Shown: positions 13,085 to 25,372, counted from the whole stretch's first letter. The stretch is 63,962 nt of DNA, filler included, from Octopus bimaculoides (GCF_001194135.2; 6 parts of 5 records of this genome joined end to end with filler, not necessarily neighbours in it); one strand, 5' to 3'. Numbers and translations are program-made. The notes: a model not told the origin generated them from the sequence alone.

Positions 13085-14190
13085 CCATGACAATGCATGG
13101 TGCCCTCTACCGTAAGGCGAATGTATACAAGCGCTACTTGAGGAGGGTAAAGTTGGACGTAGGCTGATTAGCGTACATCAACAGTGAAAGAAAAAAAACA
13201 TGGCAGAATATTTGGTAAACAGCAAACAAGACCTGCTACAGTATGCTGCTAATGCAGGAGGATTTACCAAAAATGGAATTGAGGGTGATCATGAGTTCCA
13301 ATCAAGAACAGCCAATGAGAGAGAAGAAACCGTACTCCGCATGGAATTACATGGCCAGTTCCACTGTGAGACAAACAACTTAAAAGATCAGGAAGCATCA
13401 TGGAGGTGACATAAAAGAGAATACTGGAAGCCAAGTCATGTCTACCCAGGATCAGGCATTGAATACCAACTAAGGGAAAAGGAATATATAGGACGCAAGT
13501 GCAACGAAACTCTACAGAACATATGGGAAGAGGGTCGAAAAGCATGACTCACATTGTGAGTGTTTGTGAAAGTCTTGAGCAAAAAGATTACAAGGGAAGA
13601 CACGACAAAGCAGCCTAAAACCTTCACTGGCCAGAAGTACGGATACGAGGTAACGGGTACTTGGTACCAGCATACACCGGTAAAAAGTAATGGACGAAAA
13701 GGGGGAGGCAAAAATCCTCTGGGACTTTGACTTCCAGACAGATAAGGTATTAGAGCACAGAAGGCCGGATATAGTAACCTTTAGGAGGAACAAACAAGGG
13801 GGCTTATTAATCAACGTGGCGGCGCCAGGAGATCATGATATTGTCATGAAAGAAAGAGAAAAGATTGATAAATATGAAGAGCTGAGAATTGAGATCGCTA
13901 AGATGTGGCAGCTGCAAGAGTCAATCATAAAGGTTGTCCCTGTTGTCATCGGAGCATTGAGTTCAATACCACCCAACCTGAAAAAAACATCTGGAAACTT
14001 TAGAAATATCCTACAGTCTTGATGTATTGCAAAAATCGTCATTACTTGGAACTGCACGCATATCGCGTTAAGTACTGTATGTCTGAGGTCCTTGTTGTGA
14101 CTTGACAAACAATAAAAACCCCCGATAGACACAATATCTTCAACCAACAACATCATGATATTGGATACTGTGCGATGCTGTCTTAAATAA
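13085..14190 (+). mobile_element. RLE-type LINE 3' portion E2 (decayed)
   Basis: ORF 13690-14022 KILWDFDFQTDKVLEHRRPDIV (PD..D restriction-like endonuclease), C-terminal QKSSLLGTAR, ends at (TAA)n. Confidence 0.9.
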
Positions 14191-14264
14191 TAATAGTAAT
14201 AAGAAGCTGTGAATTTCCATATGGTAATAATAATAATAATAATAATAATGACAACAACAACAAC

Positions 14265-14297
<33 letters not shown>

Positions 14298-14298
<1 letters not shown>

Positions 14299-15630
14299 TG
14301 AAGTGTACAGATGAAAAGTTGATACCAGATAACATTGAAAGTCAAAGGTTTTGGAGTGACATCTGGAGCAAAGACAAGGAGCACAAGAAGGATGCTGAAT
14401 GGTTGCAAGAACTGAAACAAACGGTAGTCTGTCCAAAACAGTCAGAACTAGTCATTTCAGTTAGGGAAGTGAAGGAAATCAGCAAAAAAATGAGCAACTG
14501 GAAGGCCCTGGGACCAGATAGAGTTCAAGGCTACTGGATCAAAAGATTTGGTGAATGTCATGCACGAATAACTGAGCAACTCAGCACCTTGTTAAATCCA
14601 GGCCAAGCAACACCAGAGTGGTTGACATTGGGTAGAACAGTGCTGTGCCTGAAAAACGTAGAAAAACGCAATACGGTAGACAATTACAGGCCTATATCCT
14701 GTTTGCCACTTATGTGGAAGTTATTGACTGGAATACTCGCAGAGCCAATGTACGAACATCTGGAAAAAAATGGAGTCTTACCGCAAGAGCAGAAGGGTTA
14801 CAAGCGTAAGTGCAGAGGTACCAAGATGATTTCAGCAAATAGTAGTAGTGAGAAATGGTTATGGCTACAGAAGGGAAAGCTGCAGAGGGAGACAGAAAGT
14901 TTGTTAGAAGCTGCACAAGATCAAGCATTAAGGACTAATTGGATAAAAGCCAAGGTAGACAAAAACCAAGTAGATTCCCATTGTAGATTATGCAAATCAA
15001 AAGAGGAAAGTGTTAGTCATATAGTAAGTGAATGTTGCATGGTGGCACAGAAAGAATACAAGAAAAGACATGACAATCTAGGGAGAGTAATCCACTGGGA
15101 GACATGTAGAAAGCCAGGATGTGAACATACTAATAAACGGTATGAACTTAGTAAAGTACTAGAAAGTAAGAAATATAAAACGTTGTGGGGCTTTAACATT
15201 CAGACTGACAGAGTAATAGAAGCTAGAAGGAGTGATTTGGTAGTAAGGGAATAGAAAGTGCCAGATAATTGACTTTACAGTCCCAAATGAGGAAAAAATT
15301 AATATGAGAAGTACAGAAAAATAGCAAAGGCCATTGAATTACAGAGACTATAGAAAGTTCGGGTAAAATGTATCCCAGTAGTTATAGGAATATTGGGAAC
15401 TATCCCTAAAGATCTGAACAGATGGACAGAGGAAATAGGCATAAAACCCAGTTTAGTACAACTGCAGAAAACAGTGTTATTAGGGACAGCTAAGATACTT
15501 AGGAGGGTTCTTGGCATCTAAGGTTATTTGTTGTAACCCAATAGGAGGGTTCTTGGCATCTAAGGCTACTTGATGTAGCCCGATGTTAGGATTCTTTTCT
15601 TTTCCAACAGTCTAATATGTTGAGTGTATA
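14298..15630 (+). mobile_element. RLE-type LINE E3 with in-frame internal deletion of the RT core
   Basis: 318-aa ORF: KALGPD and NYRPISCL (RT N-terminus) fused directly to AAQDQAL, CRLC..HIVSEC zinc knuckle and the RLE start. No YxDD motif. Flanked by (AAT)n and (AAC)n/(AAT)n. Confidence 0.92.
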
Positions 15631-15660
15631 ACAACAACAACAACAACAACAATAATAATA

Positions 15661-16054
<394 letters not shown>

Positions 16055-16618
16055 GTAAGACCTGTATACAGTGGAAGCTATGCCAACACTGGAATAACAA
16101 CAAAACAGGATGATATAGGCACACGCCAAAACGGTTACAGAAAAGGAGAAAGCAAGCATACTCTGGGATATGCCAATACACACAGATAGAGAAATTAAGG
16201 CCAATAAGCCGGATATAGTTGTCAGAGATCACCAAGAAAAAATGCTTTCTAATCGATGTATCAATACCAGCAGATGACAATGTTTCTCTAAACGAAACGG
16301 AGAAACATTCAAAATACAAAGACCTGGATATAGAGGTGTGTTGAATGTGGAGACTAAAAACAGAAACAATTCCTATCAGAGTAGGCGCATTAGGTATGAT
16401 AAAAAAAAACATTCATACAAATACATAAGAAAAACATCAGGACTAACAAATATATATAACCTACAGAAAATTGCACTACTAGGTACCGCACACATCCTAT
16501 GTAAAATACTTTCAACACAGTGAATACAAGAGCATCACAACAAACCACAGCACATAACTAGAGCACACAGAGCTGCGCTCGGTAGAGCAGTGAGAGCACG
16601 TGATAAAAATAAGACTAT

Positions 16619-16620
<2 letters not shown>
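16055..16620 (+). mobile_element. RLE-type LINE family A, 3' portion E5
   Basis: ILWDMPIHTDREIKANKPDIV...LQKIALLGTAHIL; 3'UTR shared with 25270-25372, 26115-26215, 27761-27799 and 56430-56530; (AAT)n on both sides. Confidence 0.9.
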
Positions 16621-16684
<64 letters not shown>

Positions 16685-16728
16685 NNNNNNNNNNNNNNNN
16701 NNNNNNNNNNNNNNNNNNNNNNNNNNNN

Positions 16729-16740
16729 TTAATTAATTAA
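16729..16740. other. Artificial TTAATTAATTAA linker centred in a 100-bp N gap (also 24820-24831, 37483-37494, 49185-49196, 56924-56935)
   Basis: Identical palindromic six-frame-stop 12-mer with 44 N on each side, seen five times. Confidence 0.93.
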
Positions 16741-16784
16741 NNNNNNNNNNNNNNNNNNNNNNNNNNNNNNNNNNNNNNNNNNNN

Positions 16785-16960
16785 GCACATTAGTACAATT
16801 CCCTGCTACCACCGTTCTTCTAGTCCTTCCAAGCCTGTTTCTTTTGTCTAATAGCCCTGTCTACCTCCTTGTTTCACCACCACGTTACTCTGGGTCGGGA
16901 GGGGACCTTACACCACCCACAAATCTGGTCGGTGGCTTTCAACAGGTTGTCCCGCAGAAA
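16785..16960 (-). mobile_element. RTE LINE internal fragment
   Basis: - strand reads LLKATDQICGWCKVPSRPRVTWW*NKEVDRAIRQKKQAWKD, typical of the RTE endonuclease-RT linker. Confidence 0.75.
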
Positions 16961-17184
16961 TCTCCAATTGTCAGGAAAAGAAAGCCGGTTAGAAATCCTT
17001 TTTAATCTTCCTTATACACATCTATATTAAAATATGCTCTCAGTTTAGCATTCTGCCTTATTATTATTATTATTTTTTATTTTCCTATTATTTCTCCACA
17101 TGCGGTTAACACAACCCCACCATTTACTGACTTTTATATATATATATATATACATAAAAGCATTTTTTGTTTTTGTTTTTGTAG

Positions 17185-17370
17185 AACAACCCTCGACCAG
17201 AATCAGCAAAAAGCATTCCACCCAGGCCTGCATATGGTCGGCGTCAGTTTAACAATATTATGAACAACCCTTCTGTTGGTGTAGCCAAGTATACTTTCGG
17301 CAGTTATTCTCAGGCATATGGGACAATTACTGCAAGCGGTCTAGCTGCTTTGAATAAGAAAAAATATTGA
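17185..17370 (+). CDS. Terminal coding exon of an unidentified host gene (NNPRPESAKSIPPRPAYGRRQFNNIMNNPSVGVAKYTFGSYSQAYGTITASGLAALNKKKY*)
   Basis: Strong acceptor TTTTTTGTTTTTGTTTTTGTAG|, phase 0, 61 sense codons then TGA; AT-rich 3'UTR with AATAAA near 17577 and 17619. Confidence 0.75.
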   Translation, partial: NNPRPESAKSIPPRPAYGRRQFNNIMNNPSVGVAKYTFGSYSQAYGTITASGLAALNKKKY

Positions 17371-17861
17371 CGTTTATTTTATATTTATTCTATTTTATTT
17401 TTGTGTGAGAAGCTTTGCAAGCAGAATATTTTATTGATTTCTTTGTGCCGTTACATTATATTCAGAAAAAGATATCTTTTAAGACTGTAATTATAACCGT
17501 AAACAATAATCTTGTACTCAAAACATCTTGTATTTTATTTTGAATTAATATTGAATCAAATTATATATATTGCAGAAATAAATCTTTCTTTAATTGGTTT
17601 TTATTCATCATATTGACCAATAAAAAAAAAAGTTGTTTTGCTGTGTATAGTAGTCTCATTACATATATAAACACACTTCTTTGTTATGAATCAAGGCCTT
17701 AACTCTAAACTACCAGCGGCTGATACAATGTGGACATAGACATTACCTTCAGCATTGGAAAGGAGTCATCCTCTGTCAGCTATTCACCATCACAATATCT
17801 ATAGACAGCTGTAAGAAGGTGGTTGGTGCTAGGAAGGGCATTCAGCCATGGAAACCAAGTC

Positions 17862-18194
17862 ACCGAAAGTGAAACCGGAAGTAAAAGGGGAATCCCCGAA
17901 TGAAACCGAAAGTAAAAGTGGGGGATCCCGGAATGTAACCGAAAGTGGAACCGAAAGCAAAAAGGCAATCCGCGAATGAAACCGAAAATGAAACCCCAAA
18001 TAAAAGGGGAATCCCCAAATGAAACCGAAAGTGAAACTGGAAGTAAAAGGGGGGAATTACAGAATGAAACCGAAAGTAAAAGGGGAATCGCCGAAAGTGA
18101 AACCAAAAGCAAAAGGGGGAATCCCCGAATGAAACCGAAAGTAAAAGGGGAATCCCCGAATGAAACCGAAAATGAAACCGAAAGGAAAAGGGGA
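17862..18194 (+). repeat. Modular minisatellite built from GAAACC/GAAAGT hexamers and a GGGGAATCCCC block
   Basis: About 9 variable-length units read directly. Confidence 0.9.
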
Positions 18195-18253
18195 CAGAGA
18201 AAGAAAGAGAGAGACAGAGAGAGTGAGAGAGAGAGAGAGAGAAAGAGAGTGAC

Positions 18254-18454
18254 CTAGCGGTTCGGCAATAGAGATTGATAAAATATCCCTGTAAACTATC
18301 GGTTCGGCAATAGGGTTCGATCAAATGTCCCCATAACTTAGCGGTTCGCAATGGAGATCGATAAAATGTCTCCGTAAATTAGCGGTTCGGCAATAGAGAT
18401 CGATAAAATGTCCCCGTATCCTAGCGGTTCCGCATTGGAGATCGATTAAATCTC
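18254..18454 (+). repeat. 42-bp minisatellite (5 units, plus a sixth at 18737-18778)
   Basis: Unit starts at 18255, 18297, 18339, 18380 and 18422; consensus tagcggttcggcaatagagatcgataaaatgtccccgtaact. Confidence 0.9.
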
Positions 18455-21199
18455 AGACAGAGAGAAAGAGAAAGAGACAGAGTGAGAAAGACAGAGAAAG
18501 AGAGACAGAGAGAGACAGAGACAGAGAGTGAGATACAGACAGTCTGAGAGTGAGAGTGAGAGAGAGAGAGAGACAGAGAGACAGAGACACAAACAGAGAG
18601 AGAGACAGAGATACAGACAGAGAGAGAGAGACAGAGAAAGAGACCGAGAGAGAGAGAGAGTGACAGAGAGAGTGAGTCAGAGAGAGAGAGAGATAAACAG
18701 GGAGGGAGAGAGAGACACAGAGAGACAGAGAACGACTAAGCGATTCAGCAATAGAGAACAATAAAATATCCCTGCGTATTAATTAGAAGGTAGTGGTCAT
18801 GGGCTCAAATCGGACTGAAGTCCACAGATGTTGATATATAAAGGACTGGTCGTGATTTGTATTTGTTTTCATCTTTCAAAATTTGAAGAAGTATTGGCGG
18901 TAGAAGAGGATACCGCGACTCATGAGTTAATACGATCTACCACCTCGATCCCCATAAGTAGCCGTCTGGAAGTCATTGACTGAGAGGAAACAGCTTTAAG
19001 CCCTGTGCTCATTGTGTAGGACGCCAGTCGTGATCTGGTGGAAAATAGGATACAGGATTAAGCGTACAATTTAATTCGAAAGTATGTTGCATCAAAACTG
19101 ATGAGTTTCAGGTAGATCGAAATCCCCGATCTTCATGCTCACACATTCTTTTTATTAGTTCAAACGAGGGCAGTACACTGAGATAAAAATTTTGCTATTG
19201 GCCAATGGTGTAGGTGGTCAGTTTTAAGAACTTCGGTGTTTATATTTACATTTGGCTTGTGAGTTTTGTTAGAAGGCTTCAAGAGACTTGAGTTTTCTTT
19301 TTATTCCTGTTGCATGTTTTGCTGAACCATTATTGATGTCTGTTCTAGAATAGTCATTATGTTGTTGTTTGACGTGTCTACTTCTTTTCTGCTTACATCC
19401 TATAATCTATTTTCAATGGGATTTTATAGGGAATTTAAGAACTGCAGGTATTTCATTAGATATGATTTCAGTTTACCGACTGAATAGTCATTATTCAGCC
19501 CACGCCGTCTCAAATGATAAAACGCATCCAGAGATAAATTGCTTGAAAAGTAGCATTCTGAAGGCTTAAGTAACATTCAAAAATCAGCTTTCTTTCTGTT
19601 TACTGTGCTGTACTGAATAGCTCGCCAAATTTGAAGAAGGAATGATACAGTCAGTTAAATCCATTACACCATAGTGTAATAGTATACTTGTAGGATTTTG
19701 GATGATGAAAATAAGTTTAGTCAGTTGATTCGACAATTATTAATGTTTGTAGCTGCAGAGTTTATATAGTCTATAGTAGGCTAATAATTGCATAAAGTTT
19801 AAATTTGAATGCTGACTGAATTGAGCGGCAATCGAAGGGGAATATATTTAATAATAAATTTAAATGATAACTTACACTTTTGACCATTATATGCATTTAT
19901 GTAATTTATTCTTTGTTGCTGTTTAACTCCCAATCAATCACGAACAAGAGTCCTATGATCATTCCGACATTTTTGTTTAGATTACGTTTTTAATGTAAAT
20001 CCGAAAGGAAACATCTATTTCCCAACGAAATATATATTATCTAATATTTTGTTAACATGACAGTGTGTGATTTGAGGAGGATTCGTTAGCCGTTTCTGGC
20101 AGGTCCAGTAATCACGTAGAAAATCTCTTTAAATCAAGTCTTACTCTATATTTCAATATGGCGGAGTTTGTACAGTAGAACGTTGGATTTTTTTCTTAAT
20201 TCAACGTCTACAGAAAATTTATGAAATAAATATCGATAATATCTTAAATTAATTCAATCGAAACACTTCATATCCATAAAAAAATTGGCCAGTACAAAAG
20301 AAAACATTTGTTTTGTGGTTTTATTCGAAATAAATAAGCTTATGTTCAAATAAGACAATCGAAACGTCTTACATGTCTTCACACTTTCAGTTATTATAAT
20401 CTAATAACCACTTTATTGAAGTATCACGTCATCATTTCTTGATTTTAAGCATGTGAATATATTAAGAACTGGTTTCTAGATGGATGCAGCTGAAATGAAA
20501 GAAAGAGATAACATGGTTTTACAATACTGTTCTCAGGTTAAGAAAGCAGGCACTTCATTTGACTTAATCTAAAACGGATGCATCTAATCCCATTGAAATA
20601 GTTACAAATCGAAGAATGCGTGTACTGCACAGCTGAATAGACTATTATCTTAAGACATAATCTCTGAACATTTTACGATTGCTTGCAAAGAATACACTCT
20701 TTGTTGAGGATTTACTCGTAATTCCTTTCGATTTGTGAAAACTATCTAGAATCGAGTTTTTAATGTAAAATCGAAAGGAAATATCTATTTGCAAACCAAA
20801 TATATATTCTGAATAAAGAGTTTTAAGATTAAGTTATTGAACCATATATATCATTATTTTTCTTAAAAACCAGCACAAGTTAAAAAAAAAAATGATTTAG
20901 TTGGTCACTTTTATTAAAGGAATATTGCGATAGCTCTTGAATGACAGTAAACGGCTTTTTAGGATCACTATCATATATAACTTATCCATAATTCTTCCTG
21001 TACATTTGTAAATGCCTTGATAGAAAACGCCGCGATTTAATACTTTGGAAAATTCAGAAGCTATTAAATAAGGATAATCTAATTCACCGCTTTTGCAATT
21101 GTATCACAACTGTTTCCACACAGAAAAGTAGAAATTGCCGTGAAGTCATAAACTTGTAGGTAATTCTGTAACAATTTCTTGTTAAAATCATTTAGTCGT

Positions 21200-21958
21200 C
21201 AGGTTGTGGAGGAAGATATACTGCTCATGGCTTTATAATTTCTGCTAGACTGGTGGGGGTCATTAATTGTACTCTAAAATCTTTGCATGTAAACACCTGC
21301 GGGAAAGATATGAGTTGAGAGGGAATTCCCGCTGGCCGGTGTTCTGGAAAGGAAGGGCTGAGCCAAGTGATTAGTGTGTGGCATTGTGGATTGGACACAA
21401 TAAAAATGAAGAGATATGGCTCATGGTTAAAGAGGTCGTGGTGCGATGATGTTTTCTTGATATGAGTACTGTTTGTGTTTTCTTGCTGTTGAAAGGAGAT
21501 AAGATAGGTATATCTCCATTGGTAGACGTTTCCTACCTCTGGTCATGAAGTCAGCGTGTATTTGGTGTGCGGTGTCTTGATTACGGATGGATCACGCATG
21601 ACTGGAAAATGTTATGAAGAGGTGAAAAGTAGTTTCGTCTGCGCCAGAGGAATGTTGTTGGATGTGGCGGCAAGTCATTGATGCATAGAAGTAAGAAAGT
21701 GGGGGACAAAAACTGGATACTTGGGGGTACGCTGGAATTGATAGAATGAGGAACAGAAAGAGCTCCGTCAACATATGTGGAAATTGTGCGATCTGATAGG
21801 AAGCTTCAGATCCATGAGGGTAAGAGACGGATGGAGATACGCATGCTGGGCACGGTCAAAAGCTTTGCTTTTCATCAAATTATTCCAAGACGAGAGTACA
21901 CTAGCAGGTGGAAGAGGAAACTTTACTGATGCTCATTAGAGAGAGAGAAAGAGAGAGG

Positions 21959-22022
<64 letters not shown>

Positions 22023-22690
22023 TTGTGAGAGGACGACATTGTTAATGGTTGTCTCCATTACTGGAGAAATATTAGAAGTGAGTGCAATAGGGTGATAGTT
22101 GGCAGGTTCAGAAAGGTTACTTTCTTGAGGATGCGACACGCTGCAGAGAGGAAGATATCGAAAAGTTTGGTGAGCCAGGAGATACCTCTGGGGTGCGATG
22201 TTTGAGAATAATGGGGAAGGAGACACCATCAGAATTGATGTCTCTGGTTTGAAGTGACCAAAGGTACTTTTGCATTTGCTGTCTGTGTATGCAAGATGGT
22301 GGACTTGAAGGAGTCGAAAGGGGGATAGAACTGGAGGAAATTTATCAAGTGTGTGCAATGTGAAAGTGACTGAAAAGTAGAGATGGAAGGTAGACGCTTT
22401 CTCAGTGGGCTGCTGCTCACAGAACCGTTATTGTTGTGAAGTGGGACGAAAGAGGATTCTACAAAATTACAGTTTGGAAGGCGAGATAGTCTTGAAGTCA
22501 TTTTTCGCAGTTCAGATAATGGCCTTGCATTTGCTGCGTTGCTAGGTAAACACCACTTAGTTTTGCGGAGTGGAGAGATTTTGTCAGGTCTGCGTACCAA
22601 TCATTTTCAGGACTTGGGATACTGGATTTTGTTGTGTATGGGATGCCTAGAGAGAAAATCTTAGTCATCCGCTGACCTGTTTCAAATAAC
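21200..22690 (-). mobile_element. Jockey/CR1-like LINE reverse transcriptase relic, interrupted by (GA)n/(GATA)n
   Basis: - strand: SEPANYHPIALTSNIS (NYRPIAL), KAFDR, INSSVPP..LSPTFLLLCINDL; many frameshifts. Confidence 0.85.
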
Positions 22691-24441
22691 AAGATAAAAA
22701 TTTCTGATTATTCAGTTTATTTGAATAGCTCTAACAGAATACTAAATCTGAAGTTTCTCTATAGAAAGTGTGTGTTCAGATGATACGTGTGTTTGGATAA
22801 CTGTGTTTAAAATTGTCTTCGGTGTTAAAGTATATTTGTTCTATTTACAAATGATTACTTTCCAAACAGCCAGACATAAGTATTACATGATACATTTCAG
22901 ATAGTCCTTTGCATGCACGTGGGCATTCGTACGTTTTGGGTAGATTCTATATTTATTTCGTGTTTCACAGTTCTGTTATATTGCTATTTTAATGTGTGCG
23001 TTTGCTTCTAGAAAATATATTCACAGTGTTATTTTTGTGTAACATTTAGTAATGACAATCAACGTGTTTTCTGTACAGAACTCATTTTAAAACCCAAATA
23101 TAAATAAATTTTCTCTTCAATTTGGTAAATTCAATGAACACGCTTAAACATTTAGAATTTATAAACTGGCTTCCAGAGTTTACCATTAAAAGAAAGCATA
23201 ACAGAAATCTATTCCAGCTGTCGTTTTCATTTCAAAGCGATATTTGAAATTTAAATTTTATATTTGGCAAATTTTGTTACAGAAATTGTGTTCACACCAA
23301 ACAACATATTTTTTTATTTATTTTTGCATCATTATCAAATCATTTTTAACGCAAACACTTAATATAATTTCAATTCCTTTATTAAGATCGAATCAGATTG
23401 GAGTTTTCAAAGAGCAATACTGTATATTTATTCCTAGAAGACAATTTTCAATCCGTATAAAGCTTATTAAATCTGGATAAACATTGCTGTACATAATAAA
23501 TTATAAAAATACTTGCCACGAGTGAAGTCACGCCTATATAAACGTTATATTGTTGATTTATAAATGTTATTTTTGTTTGAATACTCTTGCCTTTTGCAGT
23601 GACAGATTGCAGTAAGATATGAGAAAAGAAACAAAATATTATTTGATTATGCTTCATTAATTGTTTGGCTGCTGTTTCTGATGCTAAGTCATTAATCATA
23701 TTTGAGGAAACAGAGGACAGCCGTTGAATTCAAGAACACTACTGAGTTGGAATAAGGGAAAATTGCGATAATATTTAATTAAATGAAATGTATGGATGTC
23801 TAGAAAGCATGAAGAAAGTTATTTGTAAGAGAAAATGTACTGAAAAGCACACAGTACGTATTGTGGAAAGAAGGAAGAATATGCTTGTCTATTGAAGCAC
23901 ACGACGGAGTTCACGGGCGTCCAGCACAACAGAGGATGTTAAAGTAAGAATATGAAAAAAGTACGGTTCTACATTGGATCAGCAGTTGGAAGCAGTTCGA
24001 ATTTGAGTGTCGCTTTCTTCGATTCATTTTAAAATTTGGGCCACTCAGAGGCATCTTTATAATTATAAGGATAATGCTCCATATAATACACATAATATTG
24101 ATTTCAAATTTTGGCACAAGGCCAGCAATTTCGAGGGAGGGGTGTAAGTCGATTATACTGACCCCAGTGCTCAACTGGTACTTATTATCGAACCCGATAA
24201 AATGAAAGGTAAAGTGGACCTCTGCAGAATTTGAACTCAGAACGTAAAGACGGACGAAATGCTGCTTAGCATTTTCTCCGGCGTGCAAACGATTCTACCA
24301 GCTCACCTCCCTAATGCTCCTTATAATATTTTTAGTGATCTTTACTCGTTCACTTGTAAAACATTTTTAAGCCTCTTCACATATCTCTACGCCCAACCAC
24401 ATGAGTGTGTATGTATGCATGTATATATATATATATATATA

Positions 24442-24775
24442 TGGGAGAATATACAAAAAATAACAACAGACGAGGACAGGTGGTGTAAATAACAAAAGTA
24501 TATATTAGTATGACGCTCGGGAATACGGAAAGTCTTTGACGTTTCGAGCTACGCTCTTCAACAGAAAGAATACGGAGACAAGGAGAAAAACACGGAGAAA
24601 AAAAATTGAATAGTAAGGAAAGTAAGGTAAAAAAGGATGATAAAGGAGGTTTACAAAAGTGGAAAAGTTCAAAAGTTTTTTAGACGTCGTGGTATATTGA
24701 AGCGATTTCCAATCAGAAGATGGGTCCAGTGTAAATCCGTGGGTAGGAGAGGTGCAGCCGGAGGGTATAAAGTTC
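24442..24775 (-). mobile_element. Probable Penelope-like element terminal fragment
   Basis: Contains a minimal type I hammerhead motif, which is characteristic of Penelope-like termini; truncated by a gap; no ORF recognised. Confidence 0.5.
24533..24569 (-). ncRNA. Minimal type I hammerhead-ribozyme motif
   Basis: UCUUU-CUGUUGA-A-GAGC(GUA)GCUC-GAAA-CGUC-AAAGA: 5-bp stem I, 4-bp stem II, palindromic ACGU stem III, GUC cleavage triplet. A6 is replaced by U. Confidence 0.65.
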
Positions 24776-24977
24776 NNNNNNNNNNNNNNNNNNNNNNNNN
24801 NNNNNNNNNNNNNNNNNNNTTAATTAATTAANNNNNNNNNNNNNNNNNNNNNNNNNNNNNNNNNNNNNNNNNNNNAGAAGAAGAAGAAGAAGAAGAAGAA
24901 GAAGAAGAAGAAGAAGAAGAAGAAGAAGAAGAAGAAGAAGAAGAAGAAGAAGAAGAAGAAGAAGAAGAAGAAGAAGA

Positions 24978-25372
24978 TATCGCCAACAAAAAGGGTTTTC
25001 TAATTCATGCATCACTACCAATAGATGGCAATGTTTCTCTAAAAGGAACGAAGACACTTTCAAAATACAAAGATCTGGAAATTGAGGTAACTAGAATCTG
25101 GAGGTCAGAATCAGAAACAATTCTTATCGTAGTGGGTGCATTGAGAATGATAAAAACAACATTCAGACAAACACGTAACAAAAGCACCAGGAATTAAAAA
25201 TACATATTACATACAGAAATTAGTAGTACTAGGCATAGCACACATCCTACGTAAAATAATTTTAATACAGTGAAAATAAGAACACCACAACGAAACACAG
25301 CACACACCTAAAGGTAAATAGAGCTGCACTCGGTATTCAGTGAAAGCACGTGATAAAAATAAGATTACTGAA
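24978..25372 (+). mobile_element. RLE LINE family A 3' end (E6)
   Basis: Homologous to 16240-16620; follows (GAA)n and ends in (AAT)n. Confidence 0.85.

Noticed and set aside
19098-19131. Hammerhead-like CTGATGAG...CGAAA...ATC
   Set aside because: Stems I and II do not pair adequately; likely chance.
18790-21180. Decayed Toll-like receptor/LRR gene
   Set aside because: LRR-looking snippets appear on both strands with many stops, as expected from AT-rich DNA; no convincing TIR domain.
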